A stretch of DNA of 64,000 nucleotides from Lytechinus pictus (lineage: Eukaryota), in NCBI RefSeq assembly GCF_037042905.1, contig NC_087255.1, forward strand, positions 18,166,001 through 18,230,000, given 5' to 3'. The notes beneath the pieces were generated by a model. That model had not been told where the DNA came from, did not search any database, and saw only the letters and a list, made by a program, of their open reading frames with translations. The position numbers and the translations under genes are program-made. The number at the start of each line of letters is the position of its first letter. Positions within the stretch are counted from its first letter, which is position 1. This document shows positions 1 to 13,800 of the stretch, in pieces.

Positions 1-289
1 ATACAATTGCTGGGAAATAAATTTATCATTACATTTTTATCTTTAGTGAACTTGGTATTTCATTTCCATGCAACAATCGAACGCACAACATAAAATGAAT
101 TAACAATAATACTTCATGGTGAAATAATAACTGTCATTGCAAGGGAGGGGACAGTCATCATGGCCTAAAAATGACGCCCCTAAAAGTGGATTTTGCAATT
201 TAAAAATTGCGAAAATATTAACATTTGTTTTTATTTGCGCTAACTGACCAATGAACAAAATGTATATCATAAAAATAATATATCATTAC

Positions 290-354
290 CACATGTGGTG
301 CCCATATCTTCCTTTTGGGATTTCTCCTTTCTGCTTAACCTTCTCCCATTGCAT
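290..354 (-). CDS. First coding exon of a Kelch-repeat protein (RABEPK/KLHDC-like); gene continues off the left edge
   Basis: ATG at 354 gives MQWEKVKQKGEIPKGRYGHHM, matching the Kelch blade motif W..V...G..P..R.GH. The exon (290-365) has a T-rich acceptor (...ttattcattag|) and a TG|GTAATG donor. Candidate upstream 5'UTR exons: 1039-1058 (donor GTGAGT) and one ending at 3931 (donor GTAAGC). Confidence 0.6.
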
Positions 355-395
355 TCGCTTGTATACTAATGAATAAAAAAAAAGATAGTCGTCAA

Positions 396-710
396 TAGCG
401 TTGTGGCCCAGAGGATAAGTCTTCTGATTTTTAAACAGAGGGCCGTGGGTTCGAATCCCAGCCATGGCGTAATTTCCTTTAGCAAGAAATTTATCCACAT
501 TGTGCTGCACTCAACCCAGGTGAGGTGAATGGGTACCCGGTATATAGGAAGAAATTCGTTGGAATGCTTGAGCGCCTATATCATGTATATGCAGCCCAGC
601 TACAGCCGGGGTAATAATGATATAGCAGGGCCCGCTGGGAGAACAGTTTTCAGAACTGAAGTGGCTTCCTTAGGTAAATATACCTATATTATTATCATTA
701 TTATTAATTC
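396..710 (+). mobile_element. tRNA-derived SINE with CORE-like central domain and (ATT)n tail
   Basis: Box A-like TGGCCCAGAGG and box B GTTCGAATCC, then CCTTTAGCAAG...CACTCAACCCAGGTG...AATGGGTACC and an ATT-repeat tail. A related copy lies at 22796-23040. Confidence 0.8.
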
Positions 711-2321
711 ATGAACAAATCAAATCAATATATACAAAATAAACTAATATAGACTGCATTTCATTCTTTTAATACAATTTGATGATGAAAACAATATATG
801 GTTATAACGATATTACATGATTTGGAATGCTCTTTAGAAATGGAATGGATATTTATACCTTTACTATATACATTTTTGTATAATCCTTGAACATATCATA
901 TAGGGACATAAGTTTTACAGCATAAAACAGACACGTAAAGACCGCGAGAAGTCACTGATATATGTAATATACAACAAAGTCTTTAAGATAATATTGACTT
1001 TGTTTTTTAATCTAAATGAATGATAAAAAAATACTCACAGTGGAGCTGAAATAGATCTCTGAAAAAATATGTTCCCTGGTGATGGAAGAGGTAGAAAGAG
1101 ACAGAGAGAGAGAGGAGGGGGGGGGGAGAGATGGCAAGAGTGGGTGTCAAAGTATACCAGATATTGGGTTGATTTTATCCACTTCTACATGCAGATGCTG
1201 GAGACATTATAATACTCCAATGCAAATGCCATTTTGAAAAAAAAAATATATTAAAAATGAAGGTTTCTTCAGAGGATACTTAACCAACATATAGAAACGA
1301 ATTAGGACAATATTCCTATTCGACCGGTTGCTTATCATATATATCTCGGCAATATACACAAATTGGAAACCTACATACTAAATAAAGAACTTAACTGTAT
1401 ATGCACTGTAAACAAAATATTGTGTAATTTTTTTACCACCACGAGGGTAATTATGTGTCCAACCAATTTGGAGCAGTATTTTACCAAATGCGGGAAGTGT
1501 ATTGTCCAGTAAGGTTGAAAAATAAGCAGCAATTACTTTCAAAACGGCAAAATTTGACACTGGATAAATAAAAAATGCCAAATGTTGGTTGGACACATAA
1601 TTACCCTCATGGAGCACTTTTTTGCAATATTTTTAGAGAGTATTATTGTAAAAAGAATATGCAAAAATAGGCCTTCTTTGTTTTATTTTTTTTTATCCTG
1701 TGCATGAGACATATTTCATTTTCATATCCGGTTCAATACTAATCAATCATATACAATGTCTCTGTTCTTATTATACTGCTTTGATCTGAAAAGAAGTCAT
1801 TTCTCTCTGAATCCAACATTTCTTTAGTTAAATTAAATAACAGAGTTGCAAAATATTAGAAACCTATTTGCTCTCTGTCTGTAACATATAGTCAACATTC
1901 TTACATGGTAAGTCATTAATGTATGTTTAAAAAAAATAAAATACAATTTTTATTTCTAGTATTCACAGTTCTCTAAATCTGTCTATACGATATCATAATA
2001 CATGTACATGTATGCGTGTTTGCCTGATATACATATTTTAATTTAAAAAAAACTTACTTTTTTAGGCCAGTCGACTGATCTGATACCTCCGAAAATATAA
2101 GCCACACTACCGACGACACAGGCGCTGTGCCCTTGTCTAAGATAATGACATAAATAAAAATGTTTTTGCAATGATTTAAAGATTTCAGACGTAAATTATT
2201 ACTGCTACACATTTCTGTAACCATTATAGCCTATTTCTATTAATGACTAAAAAATCTTCGTCTGAGAAAAAATAATCTGCTTTCAATATATTCACCATGT
2301 TTACAGGCTAATCGTTGCCCT

Positions 2322-2555
2322 CATCATTATCATCATCATCGTCGTCATCATCATCACCATCATAATCATATCATCATTGTCGTCGTCGTGATCATCATCC
2401 TCATCATCATCATCATTCCTGTCATCAACATCATCATCATTATTATAATTATCACAATCGTCATCATCAACATGAACAACATCGTCACAATCATCATCAC
2501 CATTATCACCATGATGATGATGATCATCATCATCATCATTACCACCATAACATCA
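2322..2555. repeat. Degenerate (CAT)n microsatellite
   Basis: Direct reading of CAT/CGT/CAC triplet runs. Confidence 0.95.
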
Positions 2556-3930
2556 ACATTGAAATATTTGATGTTGTTACCTTGGTGAAGGGGGTTTTCC
2601 ATGAATCTCACGATGTACCCATTTCAAGCTAATCACAGCTAGGGCCATGATGATACAATTTCATGCAGCTGACTGTGTATAGAGAAATGATAATAAATAA
2701 TAATAATTTTACTGATTGATTGATTGATTGATTGGATGATTGATTTATCGATTGATTGATTATTTGGCTGACTTTGTTCTTTTTCATTTCAAAGCCAAAC
2801 GGGTTGCAAAGCAGAATATAGATATCAGATATTTAAAAAAGGAACTCGCTAGAAAGCATCGCTTGTTTTTTAGATTACCCTGCAATAAATAACTAATTAT
2901 AATAATATGATATGAAATTCAAATTGTAATTAACCAGGTTCAAGAGAATGATAAAATTTACTATTAGGGTCAAGCTTTCAATTTTTGTTTATACATTATG
3001 CGAAAAGTAAATACAATCATGGCAATATATCATACCCCTTGTATAAAAAAATGAATAAACAGAAAGTGCATATAGAAACCAATTAGTCAAGACAGGTCTG
3101 CAACATTCTATTGTCATGATATTGTGCTCTCAATTATCTCAATTAATTATTGATTTACTTTGAATTTACTTGTATTTTGTTACTTCCAAAGATTGATGTA
3201 TTAAGCCAAGTACGAGTTCAATTCGAACCCTGCTAGGGAATATCAGTCTCAGAAATGTGATTGAAATGCTCACTTCTCGATTTTCGTTATATTTCATGTG
3301 CGTAGGGATTCTTTATACCAATATGGTTTAAAACATATATACCTCCAGCCGCAATATGTTAATACAAAGAAATTAAAAAGGTATAAGAATAACACTAGTA
3401 TACGTTATCTTTATAGGGCTTGTATAAATTAATCTCTAAGCGATTTAAAGAAAAGTGTAGAAATAGATAAAATAACATATATATGTAATACCATGCAAAC
3501 TACACATTTAAAGTTCATTTTACCATGGAGCTAGATATATAGCTCCATGATTTTACGGAGAAGATGATGGTATGGATACAAACTTACATCAACAAAACAA
3601 AATAACCCAAAATTAGTATATAAAAAAAAGACATTGGCGATAATAACACAAGTTATCAACAAAGATATTTGGGGGGTAATTATGATGTATTTGAAAGGAT
3701 TGATACAGCTAGAGCTAAACAGGCATTTGCGAAAAGTATGTGCATATAAATTATAGGCTCGCACCGCTGAGCGAATATAAAATTTGTATTTACTATTTGC
3801 ACAAAACATTGAACTTCACGGGTTGATAATGTTTATAAACTCACTCAAAACTTCAACTCAGGCAAATATATCTATTCTGGAACATTCTCAAACATTTCTC
3901 ACTTCAAATTATCAAAAATAAACGGCTTAC

Positions 3931-4200
3931 CCCCTGTAGGTCTTATAATCTCTTGTTGAATAACAAAGCGGGTCCTATATACACTCTATCACACTCGTAA
4001 GTTGTAGTCTGAAATCCTTATGTGAAGTTTACAAGCCGATTTGGGGTGCTCGACGATCTCAGACAACAGCGAATCCACCTGCCAGATTTACAAGCGTTGC
4101 CAAGGCGACGTGAAAATGGGACAAGCTCTCGTGGGGCCAGGCGCGCTTTTGTGATAACTCGCTCATCCCATAATCCATTGGCGTCGACTATTGTTGTAGC
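3931..4200 (-). promoter_or_regulatory. Putative non-coding first exon/promoter of the Kelch gene, head-to-head with GPX4
   Basis: CpG-rich island in an AT-rich background, ending in a minus-strand GG|GTAAGC donor at 3930. The upstream boundary is a guess. Confidence 0.35.
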
Positions 4201-5179
4201 TATAATATCGGATAATAAAATGAATTTGCAATATATCATGCGTGGATAATTATAGTTATGTAGGAGCCGAAGGTAAATAACATTTCGAGAAGCGTGGAAC
4301 ATAGCGAGAGATAAGGGGGGGGGGTTGAGGGTTGAACACAGTGTGGAAATGGTCAAGGTCGAGATCATGATGTTGAAGAGGTAGCCCCCCTCTCTCCCTC
4401 TCCTTCTCCCCCCCTCTCTCTGCCTGTCTCTCTATCTCTCTCTCTATCATAATATATACATATAAATCTCTCTTTGGTTGTCACTTCCCACTCTATGATT
4501 TTGGTGTTAATTGTTTCTGATGTTAGATATTTTGTATTTTGTATTTTTGATGTTGTTTGTTGTTGTTGTTGTTGTTGTTGTTCATAGTTATCTTGACATG
4601 TATTTTAAACTGCAGGGCGCCTTTGTAAAGCAGTTTTAAGAACTGAACAGGCCTACCCTGCAGTATAAAATAAATAAAACAAAATAAATAAATAAATAAA
4701 TAAATTTGTATTTTTTGTCTATGCATGAATGTATGCGGTTATAATCCCCCATTCTTCTTTGACTACTGTTTTGGACAGAAATTGTTTTTTATTTTGGGAT
4801 GGTTTGCAAATGATGTTTCTAACTGAAAATTCCCGCGTACCACCAGACAAAGGTTTTAAAATTACAAAACAAAAACATGCATGGACCTCTAATTCCACAT
4901 GGACACACTATCTGGATCTACTACATGTTCCAGTAGATGATGGAAACAGCAACCTATAGTCAGTGTGTATACTTTTGAAAAAGAAAAAACAAAATTAAAA
5001 TAAATTTGGTAACATTGTTCTCTTCACCCCATGGGCCGGACCACCGTCATTTCAAGTTTGAACTCATGCGCTCTTCCAATATGAAACACTCATTATTATT
5101 TTTTTAACCATCGGGCGATCGATGTGCACGCTTACAGTACAATATATGCGAACAAATTGTCAAAATCAGGGGGGGGGCA

Positions 5180-5936
5180 TAGCCTCTTGTCGAGGCCCTG
5201 GCGGCTGCTTCCCGAGCGAAGCGAGGGATTTCCTAATTCGCGAAGCGAATTAGGCCTGGCGCGAGCTCTGCTTCGCTCTCTCCCTTGCTTCGCAATGTTC
5301 GCTCGGAAAGCTTAAAGGAGAATGAAACCCTTGAAACCAGCTGAATCCATATCAAAGAGAAAAATCAAAGAAACATATTGTTGAAAGTTTGAGGAAGAGT
5401 GAATGAATAATAAGAAAGTTATGAGCATTTGAATATTGAGATCACTAATGCCACGTAGTTCCTCCATTGGCAATGCGACCAAGATCTGTGATGTCATGCA
5501 CACACATACAACTCCCTCATTACATTAGTACTTATTACACTTATATTCTCACTTTTAAAGAGTCTATCACAAGGTGAGGTGTTCTCTTTATGAGAGGACA
5601 AGTACAGAGGTTTCACAACATTATATCATTGATGAATCGTTTGTCTTATGATAAGAATGAGCAAAAATATATATTTTGGGGTATATTTTCAGATTCCAAA
5701 AGGGGAGAGTTGTTCATCTGTGACATCATAGATCTTGGTCGCATTGCCAATGGGAGGATCTCCATAGCATTAGTGATCTCGACATTCAAATGCTCATAAC
5801 TCTTCTATTGCTAGTCCTATTTTACTCAAACTTTTGTTAATCTTATTCTTTGATTTTTCTGCTTTCACAAAAGCTAACTTGCTCCAAGAGTTTCATTATC
5901 CTTTAAAGCAGCCGACAGGGCCTCGACAAGAGGCTA
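5180..5936. mobile_element. Non-autonomous TIR element with TAG...CTA ends (AcademH-like), interrupted by a TTAA element
   Basis: TIR TAGCCTCTTGTCGAGGCCCTGGCGGCTGCTT / AAGCAGCCGACAGGGCCTCGACAAGAGGCTA (one mismatch). Both flanks read ggggggca (long TSD). Superfamily inferred from termini and TSD only. Confidence 0.6.
5312..5906. mobile_element. TTAA-target MITE (Kolobok/T2-like)
   Basis: TTAA-AGGAGAATGAAAC ... GTTTCATTATCCT-TTAA with long internal inverted symmetry. Confidence 0.8.
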
Positions 5937-6556
5937 GGGGGGCAGGGCCCTGTCCACGGGGGATTATTCTATTGTTACTGGGGGTGCTGAGCATTGTCAC
6001 AGCACCCGGCCCCAGTAACGACTTTTTAGATAATCCTCCGTGGCCAGCTTAGGCGGGGGGGGGGGGGGGGGCAGTTGCTTTTACTCAGTAGCCTTGATCG
6101 TTTAGTGCGTGTAAAGAGTTTGAGACTCCGTTGGGAAAACTTGACAGGGTAACATTTTTGTTTAGGGTCCTGGACGAGCATGCTGTCTACCCTGTAATGA
6201 CATATGCCCCCGTATGTCAATTCAATTAAACATTTATTTTCTTCCTATCGATATTTCATCCCTTTTTCATGGAGAACATACAAATCAATCATGAATATCA
6301 ATACAAAAACAATGAATATAAAACACAGACACAGTATGTAGGCCTTCATGGAAGAAGGCGTAAAAGAGGTAGGAAGATTAAAATAGCAGCGCATTATAAG
6401 TGATTAAGGACAATTCTCAGATAAAAAGGTACGTTGGCGTGAGTTTGCTTGAAAAAAGGCCTACGTAACATTGGTATGAAGAAAAAAAAATGAGGCCGGG
6501 GCACAAAATTCGGGACAAAATGACTTAGATTATATATAGGCCTATATGAGTGAAAT

Positions 6557-7167
6557 TTAAAGGTCAAGTCCACCTCAGAAAAATGTTGATTTGAATCAAT
6601 AGAGAAAAATCAGACGAGCACAATGCTGAAAATTTCATCAAAATCGGATGTAAAATAAGAAAGTTATGACATTTCAAAGTTTCGCTTATTTTTAACAAAA
6701 TAGTTATATGAACGAGCCAGTTACATCCAAATGAGAGAGTCGATGACATCACTCACTCACTATTTCTTTTGTTTTTTATTGTTTGAATTATACAATATTT
6801 CAATTTTTACGGATTTGACGATTAGGACCTCCTTGCCTGAAGCACAAAATGTTAAAATAATGGAATTCCACGTGTTCAGGGAGGAATGAAACTTCATTTC
6901 ACATGACAATGATGAGAAAATCAAAATATTTCATATTTCATATAATAAAAAACAAAAGAAATAGTGAGTGAGTGACATAATCGACTCTCTCATTTGGATG
7001 TAACTGGCTCGTTCACATAACTATTTTGTTAGAAATAAGCTAAACTTTAAAATGTCATAACTTTCTTATTTTACATCCGATTTTGATGAAATTTTCAGTG
7101 TTATGCTGGTTGAATTTTTCTCTTTTTATTCAAATCACGTTTTTGTTGGGGTGGACTTGTCCTTTAA
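6557..7167. mobile_element. TTAA-target MITE (Kolobok/T2-like)
   Basis: TTAA-AGGTCAAGTCCACC ... GGTGGACTTGTCCT-TTAA with inverted arms of roughly 240 bp. Confidence 0.85.
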
Positions 7168-7742
7168 GTAGCGAGCGAGGTATAATCCACTCTAAAGAGA
7201 TTCGTCGATTTTTTGTATAGTGTACAAGAATATTTAAGAATCAGAAGCAGTTGGGGAAGGGGCTGAATGTGACACAATTTTTTTTTTCCTACTAGATTTG
7301 GATTTGAATTACAAGACCAAGAGCTTTTTTTTAATACAAAAACTTTCTACTTTATACCTTATCGCTTCCACAAAGGGGATGGTCACCCTATAGAACTCTG
7401 ACTGGCCTTTATTAGCGCCAATCGTGATTCGAATTTCCCACACTTCCGATAAACCCACCTTGTTCATTGAATGAGTGGATAAACCCAGCTCTTTCATTAT
7501 CAGAAGAAAGATGAAAATATATGGCGTGGTGATTACATGACGGATACCGTAGTCATTATGATGCACACAAATCGACTGTTAACTATTTCTGTGCGTACAC
7601 GTAATAGCAACTGCGTGCACATTGAAGTAAGTTTCTATTTTTTTTTCAAAGCAGACAGCGCGGTACCGCAAACTTGTTTACTCATCGTGAACCTTCGCCT
7701 ACATATCGTTGATGTTGAAAAGTGCAGCTATCTATCGATTCG

Positions 7743-7877
7743 ATGATTACTCGCGTCCTTCATAGAATTTCGAGAGCAGTGCCACAATTCAGGAGCACTG
7801 CATTCGGAGTTGGAGCTATTCTGAGCGTTGGTGTTTATTTATATGCGTCCAGAAAATCGCCATTTGTAACGACGATG
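7743..7877 (+). CDS. GPX4: GPX4 exon 1: N-terminal targeting peptide plus second in-frame ATG
   Basis: [45 protein letters not shown]|GTGAGT; Arg/Ser-rich with no acidic residues; ATG 7875-7877 abuts the donor. Confidence 0.8.
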
Positions 7878-10800
7878 GTGAGTTACTTTTGAACTTTTGT
7901 GACTCCGGACTGGTGATGGGGAAAGTGACCAAGCAAGACGCGGCCAAGTCCCCCGAGGAGCTCCGTCGCCGAAGGTGGGGGGGGGGGGGGGGGGGGGGGG
8001 GGCTGTTTAGAAACTTTAGCGACAGGACTCGTACTCGTAGACTAACGTTAGCTGGAAAAACGAGTGGGTATTAATTTCAATATCAGTTGACATGATGGAG
8101 TATAATAAAAAGTTAATTAACTTTATTATTAGATGAAAGTTTGTAGGCCTTGCTCCTTTTGAACATTTAATAAAATAATAACAAGTCAAAGACTTTGTCT
8201 TTAGTTTAGTCTAGACTAAGTTTTAGGGTGACTGCACACAGACCAGTCTAACTAAGATTTTAGTAAGAATCAAATCAAAGAATCAAAGAAAGATCAAAAG
8301 AACGAAAGACAGAAATAAAGAAAATCAGAAAGAAAGGGAAGAAAGAAGGAAGGAAAGGAAAAAAAATAGAGAAATAAAAACTGAGGGGAAGAGAAAGAAA
8401 GGAAAGAAAGAAAGGAACGAATAAAAAAAAGAAAAAGAAAGAAAAAAGGTAAAAGGAAAGAAAGGAAGAAAAAAAGAAAAGGTAAAGGATGGATGGAAGG
8501 AAGGAAAAGGCAAAGAAAAAAACGAGAGAAAGGAACTTGAGAAAGAAAAGGTAAAAGGATAGATGGAAGGAAGGAAAAAAAGAAAAGAAAGATATAACGA
8601 AAGACAGAAAGAAATGAAGGAAGGAATCAAGGAAAGAGATGAAGCAAGGCAGAAATATAAAAAAATAAGGAAGAAAAGAAAGGATGGATGGAAAAAAAAA
8701 GGGAGATCAAAAGACAGAAATAAAGAAAATCAGAAAGAAACTGAAAGAAAGAAAGGAAGGACAAAGAAAGACAAAAAGAAAGGAAGAAATGAAGGAAAGA
8801 AATAAAGAAAGGAAAGAAAGAATGAAAGGGATGAAGAAAGTAAGGAAGAAAAAAAAGAAAGAATGAAAGGGATGAAGAAAGTAAGGAAGAAAAAAAAGAA
8901 AGGAAGAAAAGGTAAAGAATGGATGGACGGAAGAACGACAGTAAGAAAGAATGAAAGGAAGGGGAAAAAGAAGGAAGGATTAAAGAAAGAGGTAAACAAA
9001 GGTTGGATGGAAGGAAGAAAGAAAAAAGATAGAAAGAAAAGAATGACAAAATGAAAGACAGCTATAGTAACAGAAAAAAATGAACGAAAGACGGAAAGAA
9101 ATAAAGAGAGATTCAAAAGAAGGAAAGATTGAAAAAAAAAGGAAAGATAGGCAGAAAGAAAGAAAACAGTAAGGAAGAAAGCTCAGACTATCCAGTCATA
9201 AATAAAGAAGAAAATTTATAAATTTCCTTGGCTAAAAAAAATAGTTACAACATACACACACATGCATATATGTGGGACTGTCAAACAATGTATTTCAGTG
9301 TGTGCGATACTAGACGATCATTCGAAACCCGATCTTTTTGAAGCATAACGGAAGTGAAAATTTTTCCTTTTACTGCTTACAAATGATAGAGCTACCCCAA
9401 TTTTTAGGAAATGTGGACATTACAAGAGTTTTCATTGGTAAAAAATGTGAAGTTTGACAGTTCTGTGTGAGATTTCTTCCAGAGCAAACTTCGTTCGTGC
9501 AGCACCGTAGAAACCATGGGCTGCGTGGACTAGGCGCTAGCTAGCTAGGTATGCTAGACTGCCATTAATTCTGAGTGTGTGTGTACGGTACGTGTCTGAG
9601 CTGTGTGTTTATTGCAGAAAATGGCGCAAATTTTGCAATTCGAATCATGACTTATAAACTTTTTGAAAGAAATTAATGATAAATGGCTTTTTTTCTCTCT
9701 TTTTCTTTTCATATTTTTGATGGTAAAATATGGGGAATCTTTCTCAATATAATTTCTATATGAGAATTTTGCTTGCCCGATTCGGGCAATTAGTTTTTGT
9801 CTTTGCTTCAAAACACTTGCCCGACTCTAACTTTTACTTGCCCCGGGCAATCGGGCAAGCGCTTATGTCGCACCTTGATTTTACTATATGTATTGGTGAG
9901 TGAGCCAACGCAGTTCAGAGGAACAACCAAAATACAGAGACTGAAGCTTTTGGTCAAAGAGACGGCTTGCTATCGACAACCCAGGGAGCTCCGTTCCGCT
10001 TCGCAGGCCGGAGCCCAGGTCCAGGAGTCATCGGTGTAATACAAGGCAGACATATACTCTCCAAAATGGGGTAGATTGGGGTTGCAATAGCACTCTAAAT
10101 AAAAAGGGGAAAAATAAATTATGCATTTTACCTTGATTATATGGATGAAGGTCTATAGTGACACAGAATACACAGAAATCCTGACATCAAGGCTCAAACC
10201 TAACCCCCCCCCCAAAAAAGGAAAAGTTTTACCTCTGTCGCGTTCATTCTCGGTATCGATCGGTCATTTTGTTTTCAATTTTGACAGAAGGAGAACGAAC
10301 GAGACAGAACTTCTCCTTTTTTTGAGGGTCCAGTTTGTGCCTCGATGTCAGGACTGAACTTGAGATTATTTTGGTCATCATCAGGCCTTAAGTTTATTGA
10401 CAGACTAGAGAAAAGAAACATTGATCCAGTGCCCAGTAGCCAAAAATCTTTATAAAGGGGATTAAATGGCATTATTGCTTCTAAGGCCCTTAATAAAGCT
10501 TCTTTATGGTTATTGAATAGAATAGGTACATGTAAATGGCTTTTCTATCAGTTTGTCTTCTTAAAAGGAAACAGCAAACAGACATTCATACATGGATTAT
10601 ACAAATATACACACGATTTTCTGATTACATAACATATACGGGTAGGCCTATTCATTACAAAAGCAGGTATTAAATCAACACAATTCATTTATAAACCTCA
10701 CACTGTCACAGCTTTTTCCACATGAACTCTTTTTTAGGTAAATTGGTATATTACAGTACATCCTCTAAATAAAATGATTTGATTCCCCGTGATTCCTTAA

Positions 10801-13800
10801 ACCATCCTATCTAAAATAGAATTTTGGTGCAATATCATTTTTCCCCTATCCATGGATTCTTTAGTCATTCTTTCCATTCATCTCAGTGAAAAACAGTAAA
10901 TTAAAGCAATATCTTTTGATTCATAGTACTGTACTTTAATAGTCAGTGGTTGGTGAACCAGCTAGTGCATGGTACCCTCCACACTTGTTAATACAGTGCT
11001 GGCCATGTATAGTGAATGGCCAAATGACTATCTTATCTTTAATTAGATAACACATATTGGTACAGAGTAGAGTGTGCAAATTACAATGACTTGTACATTG
11101 TATAATTGTAATATATTGTAGTCTTTTTGCAGAGCTCAGAAACACCAAAATGAACTTGCTGTATAAGACAGCTTTCACATAGGGTTTAAGACTTTAAAAA
11201 CAATTCTAATGCAATTTTGAATAACAGCAGTTCAGATTATAAATGGTGAGAAAGCAATCACCAATGTTCTTCTCTTGAAGATGAAATTGTGACCTAGCAT
11301 TGATAGAACCAAGCTTTTTCAGAATCAGGCTGTGCAAATAAAGATAAAATGATATTAATGAAACTAATATGAATAATTTTAGAATGAATGTAGGAAAATG
11401 TCACTTATTAGTTGTTTATTTGATCTTGGACCTATAGGTCCATGATTTGATTATTAAAAAATGTGTTTTTTTCTTCAAATTTTTATCCTGTGAATGTACC
11501 ATGTGTACAAACTATATTGATGTTGAAACAAAAGATGTTGTTCACATGAACTCTATCTCAGAAAAATGTACAGGTTGTAATGGGGTGTTGCATTCTCATA
11601 TCAAGGAACATACATGATGTAATTATTCATAATCATATTTCCGATGCTAGTTTGTGGCTACATTTCTGTGGATATTCAGGGTTACCTTTAAAAAAAATGC
11701 GCAGCCTTATTTGCTATGTATTACAGTTTACACATTAGACCCTTTGAAAAGATCTGTGGCCTTTTTTCAGTTTTCCAGGTTTTTTTTTTTTTTTTGGGGG
11801 GGGGGGACACTTAGGGGCATATAAGCCCTGCTTTTCCCTTAATTCTAATGAAGATTTTACATTTCATTCTTGTCGAATATACTTTCACATTACAAGCAAA
11901 ATACCATTACTGAAAAAAAATCTAGAAACATTGTTTAATTGATAGCATACATTTGATAGCAATCATTTGAATACATTCAATGATTCAAATGTAAGTATGC
12001 TCATTTAAATTCACTTTACAATGGTTTAAGATTTTTTTTTCTTCAAGATTTCTATTGAGGGCTAAAATTAAAGTGTCTTGTCTGAAAAGCTTTGAACACT
12101 CGCTAGTCATTGAATTACTGTAGGTCAGATACCAGGGCAAATATTTGCCTTTAGCTGGTTCAAGCATCACTTATATTTGCATAGTGCATTTACCATTCTA
12201 CTCCGTTTTTTAAGAACATTTCAGCATTTGAAACTTATACATTTATGATACTGGTGATCTTGGTGGTTTGGAGGAAACAACTTGGCACTCTATATTTTAC
12301 AAATTGAGGAAATAGTAAAGTCTGTGTAATAATGGTATGTTTGATTGTCTGTACTCTGTAATATACTTTGTGTTCATTGAGTGATTTGAAAATAGCAATT
12401 GGTGCAAACTGCATACTCACCTATTTGCTCTACATTTCCCTGATTTTATTGAATTATTTTTTTAACAGAATTGTAGAACTCGTCATTGTGAGGGTAATTT
12501 CATACTTGTTACATTGCTCTGTGGTTTGGTTTGAAAATGAAACTTATGATTAAGAGAAGGTGTGATAATATACCTGATACAAGTTAGTTCCGAAGTGATT
12601 ACAATACATAAGTACATACCCTATGTGTGCCAATAAAAACTCAGAATACTAGCATATAATATGTTGTCCTGACCTTGTACATGTAGATTTAGGGTCAAAG
12701 GTCATTTATATAGTGTACATAATAGATCAGAAGCTGTTACTTGGTATAGTGCAATAGGCATACTGTACATTTTATATAGAATGCCACGAAGGGCTCTTCT
12801 TAATTTTTCATAAATTTACTTATAAAATCAAGGGTGTTTTGTGCAGGATTCTACAGGATATGAGGTCCTAATAAAGAAGTGGTTGAGTATTAGTACTAGT
12901 GTGCACCCTGAAACAAAACTAAGAAAATGATTTAGATTTACTGTCTGCTTTAGAAAGTAGATTTAAAAAAGTGAATATGATAAGGTCCAATTAGATATTC
13001 ATAGAGAATTAGGAGGTTGTTAGTTACAATTATTACATGATTTTTCCACAAAAAAGTATATTTTACAAATGAAATGCAAATTATCTCTTAAATTAGCTTT
13101 GACTTATAAATATTTATGTACTGGGTAAGTTTAATTGTCTTCGATTTCCCTTATACTTTCTCATTTTATGTTTTATGTGTCAGAAACATTGTCAATATGC
13201 CATGAAATAACCCTTGACTTTTTAGCTTTGGTTACTCAATACTGAATCATGCCTCTTTTTTAAAGCTTTAGTATTAATATTTTTGTTTGTATTCTTTCTT
13301 TATTTTTATTTTGTAGGCAGCGGGAGCGGGTAACAATGACCCGAATTGGTGGAAAACGGCTGAAAACATCTATGCCTTTACTGTAACTGATATAGATGGC
13401 AATGAAGTATCATTAGAGAAGTACAAGTAAGTATTGTATCAGCAAATGCAAGGATGGAATTCAAGGAATTTTTTAAAAACATTAGGTAGAATAATAATTG
13501 TAGAATTATTAATCCAGATCAGAATTTACACGTAAGTGGTTTAGATGGGAGGCCGATTTTTTTTTTTTCAATGTGAATCTCTACATGTAATACTTGCGCT
13601 TGTAAATGTAACATCTGGCTAAATTTATGTAAACCATGTAGTATACGTGCTATGATTTTAGGTTACTGAAAACTCTCAAATGTCAAAAACTAGTCAATTG
13701 CATGTTTCATATGTTTAACTGTTCTAATTTCTCATACTGAAATGGTGGAGAAAAATATTGTATTTATCATTTCCAGACAGTTTGTAATAGTTAGCATGCA

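Noticed and set aside
2366-2611. Poly-Ile and poly-Met ORFs
   Set aside because: (CAT)n microsatellite artefacts.
8325-9116. Lys/Glu/Arg-rich and Phe/Ser/Leu-rich ORFs as standalone genes
   Set aside because: Translations of a purine-rich low-complexity tract in GPX4 intron 1.
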